Shown: positions 23,680-35,660 of the stretch, one piece after another | How positions within the stretch are numbered: the first letter of the stretch is position 1 | Layout: each line of letters starts with the position of its first letter | From: Octopus bimaculoides | Taxonomy: Eukaryota | Assembly: GCF_001194135.2 (NCBI RefSeq) | Contig: NC_068985.1 | Coordinates: forward strand, 117,457,681 to 117,502,762 | Reading direction: 5' to 3' | Length of the DNA: 45,082 nucleotides | The notes under the pieces: model-generated | Database searches by the model: none | The model's input: only the letters and a program-made list of their open reading frames with translations | Told to the model about the DNA's origin: nothing | Translations under genes and position numbers: made by a program

Positions 23680-24403
23680 AGAATTATAAGATATGAATTT
23701 TTCCAAACTCTACTCCCGTCTCCTCATCAGTCTACAAACTTTTACCACAAAAACCAGGCGTACAATCTCATCTACGACTTTCATCATTGCAATCACCACC
23801 ACAACAACCTCATAAACAACAAATACCACTACTATATCCGCCATTAATGCCATTAAAACAACCACTTCAACCATTACGTCATCAGTCACCCAATACACAA
23901 CCAATGCTATCATTACTACCACCAATACTACAGCAATAATTTCCACCGAACCGCTACTACCCGCACTACTGCAACCACAACTACCCACTCTACAATACAC
24001 TACAACAGCCATTATGTCCACCACCAACAGCCGTCTCATAAAACCACAAACAACACCAAACGCTACATCCTAAACCACGATCAGCAACAATCATCACTAC
24101 ACCACCAACATCACCACCACCACCACCACAACCACAAACTCTGTCGCCACCACTACCTCATGATAAGTAAACATCTTATACATCTTATACCTCGTCCACC
24201 ACCGCTAACTTCACCAGATTCACCACCAACACTTAACCTACCGCACACCAAACCATACAATCGCTTTGCTATTTTTCTTCTCTTTCGTTTGTTCCATTAG
24301 TCACAGTTTAAAACATATCAGAAATAAAGATATTGGATGAGGTTGGTGGGGATTCATTTTTATATCAGTTTCTGTATTGTTGCTTCTGCTGTGTTTCTCC
24401 TTT

Positions 24404-24418
24404 TATTATTATTATTAC

Positions 24419-24493
<75 letters not shown>

Positions 24494-24753
24494 CCCTATC
24501 ATTATTATTACTACTACAACGACTACGACAACTACTACTACTACTACAACGACTACGACTACTACTACTACTACTACTACGACGACGACGACGACTACTA
24601 CTACTACTACTACTACCACTACTACTACTACCACTACTACTACTACTACTATAAATTATTATTATTTATTATTACCATTACTACTACCACTACCTATTAC
24701 TATTATTGTTGTTATTATTATTATTATCATTATTAATATCATTATTATTATTA
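24404..24753. repeat. Compound trinucleotide array (TTA)n(CTA/CGA)n(TTA)n with an internal 30-bp duplication
   Basis: 24511-24540 and 24541-24570 are near-identical 30-mers. Confidence 0.9.
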
Positions 24754-25049
24754 NNNNNNNNNNNNNNNNNNNNNNNNNNNNNNNNNNNNNNNNNNNNNNN
24801 NNNNNNNNNNNNNNNNNNNNNNNNNNNNNNNNNNNNNNNNNNNNNNNNNNNNNNNNNNNNNNNNNNNNNNNNNNNNNNNNNNNNNNNNNNNNNNNNNNNN
24901 NNNNNNNNNNNNNNNNNNNNNNNNNNNNNNNNNNNNNNNNNNNNNNNNNNNNNNNNNNNNNNNNNNNNNNTATAATCGTCTATTCCTTCCTCTAAAATAT
25001 CGGAAGTGGGTGCAAGTTAAAGATTATTATTATTATTATTATTACTATG

Positions 25050-25091
<42 letters not shown>

Positions 25092-25114
25092 TATTATTAT
25101 TACTATTCCGATCA

Positions 25115-25330
25115 TGACGCGGTGATCTGGCAGAATTGTTAGCACGACGGGCGAAATGCTTAGCGGTATTTCGTCTGCCGCTACGTTCTGAGGTCAAATT
25201 CCACCGAGATCGACTTTGCCTTTCGTCCTTCGGGGTCGATAAATTAAATAACAGTTGAGTACTGGGACCGATGTAATCGACTATAGTCCTCCCTCAAATT
25301 TTAGGCCTTATGCCTATAGTAGAGAGGATT
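25115..25330 (+). mobile_element. SINE type A between (TTA)n arrays
   Basis: CTGGCAGAATTGTTAGCAC...GGCGAAATGCTTAGCGG...GGGGTCGATAAATTAA...TAGAGAGGATTATT. Confidence 0.9.
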
Positions 25331-26289
25331 ATTATTATTGTTGTTGTTGTTTGTATTGTTATTGTCGCTGCTGTTGTTGTTGGTAATCACTGAAACTGGA
25401 CATGAAGCAGCAATTAGAGCAACAACGCACTACCTGTGGAAACAACAGCAACAAAATCAACAAAACAAACACCTCCTGTAAGAGAAATCACATCATCAGC
25501 ATCAGCTACCGGAAGTTCTTCAAACGATGTGGCAAAAACAGAGTGACCCCCAAAACGTCCCACTCCTCGCTTGGAACCATTAAAACCTGTCATGTAATGA
25601 ACGGGATGATGAAGCGCCTAAATGATAAAAAGTTACCAGAGCAAAAAGAAGAAAACGGAACAGAAACACACAAATACAAATTAACTGGCAATTATGATCA
25701 AATAGAGAGGCGCCTTTCAGAAACAATGCCCAAACACCCCCCACAGCAGCCGCTACACATGTACAACCGAAAGGAACACCACCATCACTTCCACTGCCTT
25801 TATCACAGACACCGCCATTAGAAGCACAACCTAATTCACACACACACAACAGCTAGATCACGCATTACAACGCTAAGATCATTAATTACACCGGTATAAA
25901 TACAACCAATAAAGAATTAATCACCCACATACATGGAAATTCTAACATCACCAACAATAACTACACAACATCAACTAGAATATCACGCCCTAAACATCCT
26001 AAAATGCTAACAATCGAAAGGAGTAAACATCAGTGCTTTTATAAATAATGACTATAAAAGAACTGTTATTGTATATACTCACGGTCAGTCAAAGGGATGA
26101 AACACCTGTCTCTGTACAGAAATTAAGCATGGGACTCTTTTTTACCCACTTATCTTTTGGTAATCATACCTGCGCTCAGAATCGACAATGCACATGCTAT
26201 CCGTGTCTACTGGCCTAAAGGATACTGCCTAGCTACGAATCTATATGTCCTGATGCGGTTTGCCCATGTCCACGATAATGCATTTAAGA

Positions 26290-27590
26290 AATCCAATCGG
26301 TACCTGTCAGATGGTTGAAAAGGTTTGCGAGGCTTTTACACCCAGCTGCCTTCTATCGGATAACACCACACAATCTAAATGTGTATCCAAGATGTCTTCT
26401 AGTCGCAGAGATATAGGAAGCGATGACTGGCAGCATGAGGATCAAATCGTTTGGTCGTGATGGTCTGCCCTACGAGCTTTACTCTTTATGCCAGAATTGT
26501 TTTGGACATTTTAACAGATATCTACAGATATCGGCAACTGGCTGCAGAACGGGAACATCATCGTTTCTGAGAGTTGAGATGTTAAGAAAAGATCCACAAA
26601 GAGGATTTATATTGATAATTTTCGACCCGTAACTCTGCTAAGATATTTGCCAAGGTAAAGAGACTGGCGCTGGTCGGCGACGGTCTGATCGATGATGCGC
26701 AAACATGCGCTATCCACGACAGCCTCCATCTCATGCGATACATGAGGGTGAGTAATGACCTGACATGGGGGTGCTTTGATCAACTCGGATAGGGTCGACC
26801 ACCAATACTCGGCGGCAGGTTTCGTTTCATCTCCCGTGGCTAGATTGCCACAATGTACCGAAACATCTGCACGGTGGCTCGAGTGAGCGGTCACCTAACG
26901 GAAAGATTCAGCATCACTAGCTCGGCCCAGCATTGTTTTTTTCTTCTCCACTCTTCTGTATGCACTAATTCTAGATCTACTACTGAAGAAATTGGAAATT
27001 TTGAGGGGCATCCCTCGCAAACAATGATGTAACAGAAACTTATCAGCATACACGAACGACGTGACCATACATGGCATCGAACACTAGGTTCTATAGGAAT
27101 ACGAAGCGATGACAGGAGCAAAAATCAATCAAGAAAAGTCAGCGAGGCTCCAACTCGGCACAATGAGAGGCAGGTCCACGCCGTCCAACAGTGTTGAAGG
27201 ATGCTGGACTGACAGACCGGTTAAATTGTTTTGGGTCTGATTTGGCCTGATATCCAAGTCCAGAAGAACTGTGAAGAGGTGACGAGCAGGTTAGAAAATC
27301 TTCCTCACAAATGTCACGGTAGAAACACGTCTCTGAAAGCTGGGGCAGAAGTGACGAATTCATACATCGCCTCCGTCATATACTAACGCCTGACCATCAT
27401 GCCTTGTCCCAGTCCAAGTCTGACCAGACTTGAGCGTCTAATATTCCACTTTCTGTGCACATGATACTTTCCGCTGGGCAGACCAGCCGTTTGTTGTCAA
27501 CAGTCGCTGAGTGAAAGACTGGGCATTCCGTGGCTGATGTTGCACAGACATTCGCTGAAGTTGCGATATATCCAGAGCACAATGATCCGG
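26290..27590 (+). mobile_element. Old, deletion-riddled Tx1 reverse transcriptase region
   Basis: Across frames: IKSFGRDGLPYELY, NFRPVTLL, IFAK, QTCA, IHDSLHLMRY, DRVDHQY, SPLLYAL, SAYTNDVT (YADD position), EYEAMTGAKINQEKS. 27215-27380 aligns with 12350-12515. Confidence 0.85.
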
Positions 27591-27633
27591 CTTCGCTTTG
27601 TAGCTGTTTTTGGACTGCCAAATATTACTGCAA

Positions 27634-27832
27634 CAGGTGTATAGTCCTTGTATTTCATGACTTTTCTTCTTAACCATATCTAGATATTTAACACCTAAAC
27701 TCCGACGTCTTGTTACCGCGCTAAATCTAGTGTAAATTAGAATCAGGTGGCGTGCACTACTAAATAATTTTAAATAATTTTTCGTTAGGCGTGTCATTCA
27801 CAGTCTTACGGGCCGCGATTTGCCTATCACTA
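27634..27832 (+). mobile_element. hAT-like MITE remnant
   Basis: 3' segment TTAGGCGTGTCATTCA...CGGGCCGCGATTTGCCTATC is shared with 30360-30414. Confidence 0.45.
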
Positions 27833-28157
27833 ATTTAAACCATTATTAGTCTTCATTCTGGATTACTTGATCCCTGTCGAATCTTAGCCATCCGCCATTC
27901 ATAATTTTTTAAACATATCTCTCGCTGTGGTACCCATAGCAGGGTGAAATCACGTAATCTGACAGTTGTGACAGTTCTGGCAGCCATAGAAGTCCTTATG
28001 ACATATTCTCTCTATGTAAGTAACACAGAATTCTGTGTTCTACTACAACCTCAAAACTAAGTCGGGGATCAAGATTACCTTTCCGTGTTAGTATTGCTTT
28101 TGTCGATATTATTGAATTATTTATTTATTATTCCTATTCCGATCATCACAAATAGTG

Positions 28158-28343
28158 GTCGTTAGTACGCCGGGCGAAATGCTTAGTTCAAATTCAACCG
28201 AGGTCGACGTTGCCTTTCATCCTTTGGGGGTCGATTAAATAAGTACCAGTTACGCACAGGGGTCGATATAATCGACTTAATCCGTTTGTCTGTCCTTGTT
28301 TGTCCCCTCTGTGTGTAGCCCCTTGTGAGCAGTAAAGAAATAA
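28158..28343 (+). mobile_element. SINE type A with an internal deletion and an alternative 3' tail
   Basis: Lacks ~28 bp between CTTAG and TTCAAATT relative to the other copies. Tail TTAATCCGTTTGTCTGTCC...AGTAAAGAAATAAG. Confidence 0.85.
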
Positions 28344-28540
28344 GAATCGTTAGCACGTCGAGCGAAATGCTTAGCGGCATTTCGTCTGCCGCTACATTCT
28401 GAGTTCAAATTCCACCGAGGTCGACTTCGTCTCTCATCCTTTCGGGGTCTATAAATTAAACACTAGTGAAACAACCGGGTTGGTGTAATCGACTCATCCC
28501 CTCCCCCAAGATGGCTGTCTGTGTGTCAAAATTTGAAACC
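28344..28540 (+). mobile_element. SINE type A, directly tandem to the previous copy
   Basis: AATCGTTAGCACG...GAGTTCAAATTCCACCGAGGTCGAC...TTTGAAACC followed by (ATT)n. Confidence 0.88.
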
Positions 28541-28592
28541 ATTATTATTATTATTAATAATAATAATAATAATTATAATAATAATAATAATA

Positions 28593-28888
28593 GGAAATAG
28601 AGATAACTCGAATGTGGAATCTAAAAACAGAAACAATTCCTATCATAGTAGGTGCCTTAGGTATAATAAAAAAATATTCAGACAAATACATAACAAAAAT
28701 ACCAGGACTTACAAATATATATAACATACAGAAAATTGCACTACTGGGTACTGCACACATTCTACGCAAAACACTTTCAAAACAGTAAACATAAGAGCAC
28801 CACAGCAAACCACAGCACATACCCAAGGCGCACAGAGCTGCGCTCGGTAGTGAAGTGAAAGCACGTTATAAAAATAAAACTACTGAAC
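28593..28888 (+). mobile_element. R4/Dong 3' end (5'-truncated) embedded in (AAT)n
   Basis: Uninterrupted EIEITRMWNLKTETIPIIVGALGIIKKYSDKYITKIPGLTNIYNIQKIALLGTAHILRKTLSKQ* (stop 28786-28788), a 100-bp UTR, and (AAT)n on both sides. Confidence 0.9.
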
Positions 28889-29014
<126 letters not shown>

Positions 29015-29224
29015 AAGGCAAGCTGGCAGAATCGTTAAAACCCCGGGAGAAATGCTTATCGGTAATCCGTCTGCGCGACGTTTTGAATTCAAATTCCGCC
29101 GAGGTCGACTTTGCCTTTCATCCTTTCGGGGTCGATAAATTAAGTACCAGCTGAGTGCTGGAGTCGGCGTGATTGGCTGTCCCCCTCCCCACAAAATCCA
29201 AGCCTTGTGCCTTAGTAGAAAAGA
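29015..29224 (+). mobile_element. SINE type A
   Basis: AAGGCAAGCTGGCAGAATCG...TCAAATTCCGCCGAGGTCGACTTTGCCTTTCATCCTTTCGGGGTCGATAAATTAAGTACCAG...TAGAAAAGATTATT. Confidence 0.92.
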
Positions 29225-30269
29225 TTATTATTATTTTTAATAATGTGCCACATTCTATTATAATGCAGTGTATTTATTATAGAAGCTAGCATGGTTGTGT
29301 GAGTTCCCACATACAGTGGTGTTTTAGGCTCTCGGTTTCATGTTTTATATTTTATTGAGAGCTTTCTACGCAATATAAACGAAGTTTTCTTTTCTTTTTC
29401 TGATATCGTGCAAGTCTTTTTATTTTGAGTCATGCATTTATCTATCTCTCTTTCATAAATCCCAAGGCAGCTGTTATTTTAGGGATATATTTTCTTACCA
29501 TTATATAAATTCAAGACATCTCTATTTTCAGTTGTTTTTTATTATTATTACTATTTAGATGTTTTGTTCTATTTCGTTCAAAGAATTATTTCTTCTGTTT
29601 TAAATGATACGTCCGTCGATTAAGAGAGAATCCTATTGTTAGTTGTCTTTTTGTTTTTCATTCATCGACAATCTAATGGCTTGTTTTTCAGTCTTAGCAT
29701 GGTTATTATATTATTCTGCTTTTCATTTAGTTTTTCGTTACATTTCCTGTTATTGTTTCTTCACCTTCCTCATGATTGCCTCAAACTCTTACGTAATTAT
29801 TGTCTTCCCTGAAGACGGAAAACAGCCTTTTTTGTAACATTTTTTCACTTGAAGTTTTGAGTAGTTTTTGTTGTTGACTTTTTGTTTGTTTTTTTACTTA
29901 TTTCTTTTAGTTCTATGTCATTGTCTACTACATACTAAGTAGTTTTGCAGTAGATATTGTATTATAGTTTTCTCGTCATAGACCACTATTTCTGCATTTA
30001 AAAAAAAAATTTCGGTCCCATTTTGGTGTGGTTTACTCTACATACAGTCATTAGATAACTTATACTCCTGTTTACTTTAGTAAATCATTTATCTTCCACT
30101 CAAAACTATCATATGACTAATTAATATATACTGATATTTACTAACCTATATTTAGATTTTAGCACAAATAATGAACAATTAATGTAATCATTAATTTCTC
30201 TATTATATTACTCCTCTTTGTCTTCTGTTATCCGTTGTATATACACTTCGTACATTTTATATTTTCAGG

Positions 30270-30414
30270 CAGGCATGGCCAACTTTTATCCAGAAGTAAA
30301 CTGCATGATAAATCACTTATCCTCAGGCTGAGAGCGCAAATAAACTCATTCAAGGTAATTTTCTGTTAGGCGTGCCATTCAGAAATTCTTGCGGATCGCA
30401 GACTGCCCATGATT
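30270..30414 (+). mobile_element. Short hAT-like MITE
   Basis: Starts CAGGCATGGCCAAC and ends GCGGATCGCAGACTGCCCATG (imperfect TIR). Shares its 3' part with 27780-27830. Confidence 0.55.
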
Positions 30415-30569
30415 ATTTTAATGTTTTTGAGACTGATCGTTAAAAGCAAAGAAATTATACACACACCGGAAACCTTGTTCGAAAGCTCGCTAGATATCCA
30501 ATTCCATTAGAGACCTTCATGGACCAGGTGGTTGTGTTAAACCGGTCAATTCAGGTCATATATAAGAGT

Positions 30570-30900
30570 ATGTGCCGTTTCAGCGCGTTGCTGCATGCAT
30601 CATTTGTCGGCATTTATTTGGGTAACCCTCCGAGGAGTATCCCAGTCAGTTCTCGTCTCAATGAAATATTTCCTCATTCACTGTGACCATGAGGCATATG
30701 GCAGACCGACATGAGCCACCACCCCAGCGGAATCCTTGAAGAAGAGAACATGGTACTCAGGATCCAAATCGGAAAATCGAGGAACATGACCAAACAGTGT
30801 AAGCTGATGCATAAGTATAACAAAATAAAGGACACATAGCAGTTTCTGAGTATAGTCGTTAGTTGAGTACGAAATACGACTAATGGTAAGCAATAATACT
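30570..30900 (-). mobile_element. RTE-clade LINE 3' fragment
   Basis: HQLTLFGHVPRFSDLDPEYHVL...GLPYASWSQ...QQRAETAH resembles the RTE C-terminal pattern (RQLRxFGHVxR...RPRxxW). Confidence 0.65.
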
Positions 30901-31061
30901 GCGAATCATACTGGTACTGAAGTAGCTCAGGCGAAAAATAATGGCCCCGGACAATGCCCTAGTTCTCATTGGCTTGTTCTACAGTCGGTTCAAAAGAAAT
31001 TTACAAACACAGAGAAATTAATGAATTTTGCTTTCATCCCACGGAAATCTATGAAATAATA

Positions 31062-31598
31062 TAAGCCGAAGACGTTGAGCTGTCCGAGTTTTAGAGAGCA
31101 GAACGGGATGTCTTGTTGTATTCGAGTTCAAAGTGGTGGAATTAAGTAGTTGATCTGTTTATCTGGATCTTTCGTTGGCTTTCCAGGGGAATCCATTTGG
31201 TTTGTTTTTCTTGAGAGGTGGAAATAATGAAGTTGCAGACCTCTTCGCAACTGTGGAGCAAGACAGGGCGGACCAAAGACCTGAAGACCCGAAACTCTCA
31301 CCTCTAGTATAGATATTGGCCTACGCAAAATACCTTTGTTCAGTAAGTTCACAACTGCACCAGCATGCCCAAGTCTTCGAACTCACAATTAATGCTGTAA
31401 CAGATCACACTGCCGACGTAAGTGAAGTGGTCAGCAACTTCAAAATTTCCACCTCCCAACAAAGACAAACCGGAAACCAACGAAAGATCCAGCTAAACCG
31501 ACCAACTACTAAATTCCACCAGTTTCAGCTCGAAGTAATATCGCAAAACATCCTGTTCTATGCTTTAAAATCTCGGACTGTCCAACACTTTCAGCTTG
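31062..31598. mobile_element. Non-autonomous DNA transposon with ~125-bp TIRs and TA TSD (Tc1/mariner-type MITE)
   Basis: 31063-31187 and 31472-31597 are inverted copies (roughly three-quarters identical by eye). TA at 31060-61 and 31599-600. Confidence 0.8.
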
Positions 31599-34142
31599 TA
31601 TTTATTTTATATATTCCAACAGGATGAAAGTAACATTCATTGTCTATAAGCTTGTTTTCAACCAAATTGTCTTATCTAAATATCATATTACTAAATATAA
31701 TATTACTAGTTTTTGTTTTGTTTTTCCCCTTTCTATTGTAGTTACTGTAGTATACAATGAATTTTTTAATAACTTTTATAGTCGGTTTAACTTAGAGTTT
31801 TTCAGATTTCCGGATTTTGCAAGCTGTATCCGATAACATGTAACCTATCCTCGTAATCTGTAACCTGTACAGTAGATGATTGTCGATTATCTCTTCAAAA
31901 CACACTTAGCTGATTTTTGTCAGGTGTAACAGATCGCTTAGAATTTGCACAGTCAAATAGAAGGTAAATAAAGATAGAGTGACTAGAAAATTCCTGTGTT
32001 AATAGAAATCGGTTCGTTTTTAGAATTTCTATTTTTGTAAGGATCTGAACAGCCTTCCATTCACGTTTTGCATGTTTGATGTATTTGCATGTTATTGGTG
32101 CCATCTCACTTTTGACCGAATGGAAGGAACACTACTGAAAATGTTCTGGTAATCTATTCATGCCATGCTCAGGCTGTTTATTTTTCTTACTTTTTTTTTC
32201 CTTTTACATTTCAGTTATGGTTTTCTTTATCAAGGACTGATGTTTGCATTCAAGTGCGACTTATCAGCATTCCTTCTGTTCCCTACCAGGTGAACATATA
32301 TCATTAACTATAAGATCGATGGTAAGTAGTTTTGACATGTAGACACATAATTTACGTGTCTGTAGCTTTAGGTGTTTGCTATTTCTTACGCCTTGCGGAA
32401 TAAGAGGAGCATTTATCTCTTTCAGTAAGCCGTTTAAATGTTATTTCTGTCTCTTACAGTAAATAGTTGAATATTTTTGCAAGTACCTTATGAATATCTC
32501 TTATATATTTTACTGAGACCTTTGGCACTCTGCCAATTTGAGATCCTTTCAATTCGTTCAGCTCTTACTTTTCGCGTTGCTATTCCTTCCTAATAATATT
32601 TTCCTTGAACGCGCTTTTACTATCCAAAATTTTCATCGTAGCAAACGTGAAAGACTCTTTTCGTAGCAGCATTAATCCTTTGCTATTCACTAGTTCGGTT
32701 CAGATTGTAACTGAACTCTTTACTTCATTCATAAAGAGGTTGTCACTTTTTACCCGAACATCTTGGGTTTTTACAAATACTCTCTTATGTTAGGACTTTT
32801 CGCTTTCCGGTACATATTTTATTAACATTCCATTAAGTAATTAATTTATATTTACATTTGATTTTCTTTCATTCGCGAGCGATTTGTTATCATTATCTCT
32901 TTTCAATGACATATATTTCATTTTATTTTTTAATATTCTTTTCATATTGGTTTTCTGCTTCGTTTTAGATTAGGCAGGGCTGCTTGAGATATTCTAGGCG
33001 GTTAACCTGTCCTACCACGCTTGCTTCAAAGATGAGTATTTATTCAGTAGATATCTTTGTTTACATCTACTTTCCTTAAGTCTATGATCAACTAATCTTT
33101 AAGACTGTTTCTATTTTATAATTAATGTTAAAGGTTTCTTTTCTATTTTATAACTTATAGCAGGGGGTTTCTATTCTACCATTAAGTGCAGGGTTTTCTA
33201 ACGCGATACCTATCACTTTTACGTCTTTAAATATTTCCGTCATTGTATTATTGTCATAATCAAAACTTCCATCTTTACAGATTTCAGTTCTTAGATCTTT
33301 CAAACATTCACTTGTGTTCAAATATTCTTTCATCTAGTTCTGGTGCGGCTTTTGTTGCTTTTTTATTATAAAGGTATGCTTGAGTGTAATTGCTTCTAGT
33401 TTGTTATTTCTTTTCCTTGTTTCACACTTGTTAGGTCTTATCTTCGTGATTTATGTTTTCAATATTCATAGTTTTAATACTTTATATTCATTGTTTGTAA
33501 GGTTGTTCTTTTGTTGGTTGCTAGTATTTTCATTATATATCATTTCTTTGAAGTCTTCTATTTTTATGTCTCATATATTCTTAAGCTTTCAGTATGTATC
33601 TTCTTAAACTAGTTAATCGGTTGAGTTCCAGCGTGGCTTCTACGTCAGGCTTGTTTTCTCTTGATACATTAGCCTTGTTTTGGAAATGAGGTGTATCTAT
33701 AAAATATGTATTTAATACAGAATCGTAATTCTCTGGAGACCATTTATTCAATTCGGCTTTATTTACAGGAATTCAGGAAACACATCCGCTTTTATAAAAT
33801 GAATGTGCTTTTATTGTATAGTGATTTTTAAGTTCTGGCGATGTTGCGTTTTGCACGTTCCTAAACCTCATCATTTTATATATCAAATTCAAAAGACGTA
33901 TTCTCCTTCTTCACAATAGACCGAATTATATGGTGTTTTCACTCTATTATTTATTGTCCTTTATGTAGTAGCATATAAATTGTCTGGAGATGAGTTTGTT
34001 TCTGTTCCTTGGAGGCCACTGAAGGTGATTTTGTGCGGCAGTTCTTACTGGGACAATAAAACAACTATCTTTCATAAGCGTATAAAGGACTACACACCAT
34101 CATCAAATGTTTTCAGATTGAACCGGAGTGATAAATTAACTC

Positions 34143-34278
<136 letters not shown>

Positions 34279-34814
34279 NNNNNNNNNNNNNNNNNNNNNN
34301 NNNNNNNNNNNNNNNNNNNNNNNNNNNNNNNNNNNNNNNNNNNNNNNNNNNNNNNNNNNNNNNNNNNNNNNNNNNNNNNNNNNNNNNNNNNNNNNNNNNN
34401 NNNNNNNNNNNNNNNNNNNNNNNNNNNNNNNNNNNNNNNNNNNNNNNNNNNNNNNNNNNNNNNNNNNNNNNNNNNNNNNNNNNNNNNNNNNNNNNNNNNN
34501 NNNNNNNNNNNNNNNNNNNNNNNNNNNNNNNNNNNNNNNNNNNNNNNNNNNNNNNNNNNNNNNNNNNNNNNNNNNNNNNNNNNNNNNNNNNNNNNNNNNN
34601 NNNNNNNNNNNNNNNNNNNNNNNNNNNNNNNNNNNNNNNNNNNNNNNNNNNNNNNNNNNNNNNNNNNNNNNNNNNNNNNNNNNNNNNNNNNNNNNNNNNN
34701 NNNNNNNNNNNNNNNNNNNNNNNNNNNNNNNNNNNNNNNNNNNNNNNNNNNNNNNNNNNNNNNNNNNNNNNNNNNNNNNNNNNNNNNNNNNNNNNNNNNN
34801 NNNNNNNNNNNNNN

Positions 34815-35660
34815 ATGGTAGTGGCTTGAGATGCCACATTTTTTCAATTTCTATTAGCAAGTCTTTATATTTACTGATCTTGTCAAATTCTTTCGCCGCT
34901 ATATTGTGATCGCAAGGAATACTCATGTCAATTAATAAACACTTCTTCTTTGTCTGATTTTTTATAATAATATCCGGTTTATTAGCTTTTATAGTTTTAT
35001 CGGTATGTACGGGGAAGTCCTAGAGAATCGATACATTTTCTCCCTCAGTCACAGCTTCAGGGTGGTGTTTATACCATTTGTCAGCAGTTTTGATTTTATA
35101 ATGTTGACATATTGTCCAGTGTAAATACTGGCCGACTCTGTCATGTATTGCTTTATATTCTAAAGGTTCTAAGACTCTACACCCTGAGATTAGGTGGTCT
35201 ATATTTTCAATCTCATTGTTACAGAATCGGCATTTTGGTTCAGCTCCATTTTTTATCACATTGGCTTGGTAGTTCCGGGTTAATAAGCTTGGTCTTGAGC
35301 AGCTAATATGAAACCTTCACTATCTGCTTTTAGCCCTGAGCCTCATAACCATTGATGCGTGTGTTTCTAGTCGACATCAGCTTGTTTGCTACGGGCCACA
35401 TACTTGCTATGCAGAGGTTTCTGTTCCCATCTGCTAGCTAATTTTTCATGTGCTGTTGTCTTTGAAATTAATTTTATTTTCTTTGCAACAGCAGTTGGTG
35501 CATTTCCTTCAATCTGATCAATCTGGTAGGTATCTAAGAGATCAGTAGCGAATTTTTTGCTCTCTTTCAGAATAGAGTGAAGTTTTTTCGGTCTTTCATG
35601 TTTTTCAACAAGTTTTAGCAAATTTCTCAACCACACAGTCATTCTTGCACCTAATGTGTG
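34815..35660 (-). mobile_element. R4/Dong RLE non-LTR retrotransposon, C-terminal region (3' end in gap)
   Basis: WEQKPLHSKY...GLKADSEGFILAAQDQ...KCRFC...ENIDHLISGC...HDRVGQYLHW...ANKPDIII...LIDMSIPCD...KYKDLLIEIEKMW. Several premature stops. Confidence 0.92.

Larger units (their letters stand above)
29240..33980 (-). mobile_element. Possible long, heavily decayed RLE-type (R2/NeSL-like) non-LTR element carrying nested insertions
   Basis: Sustained A-rich minus strand. Faint motifs in the expected order: ZF-like GLGTCKTQH and Myb-like KWSPEN (~33750-33920), EWKAVQIL..NEPISI (~32000-32080), LHVIGYSLQN (~31810-31845). No clean YADD. Confidence 0.35.

Noticed and set aside
23690-23735. Minus-strand CTGATGA...GAAA
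   Set aside because: The intervening purine-rich sequence cannot form stem II; chance match in low-complexity DNA.
23710-24250. Mucin-like Thr-rich (plus) and Val-rich (minus) frames
   Set aside because: Degenerate (ACC/ACA/ACT)n tract with scattered stops and no splice signals.
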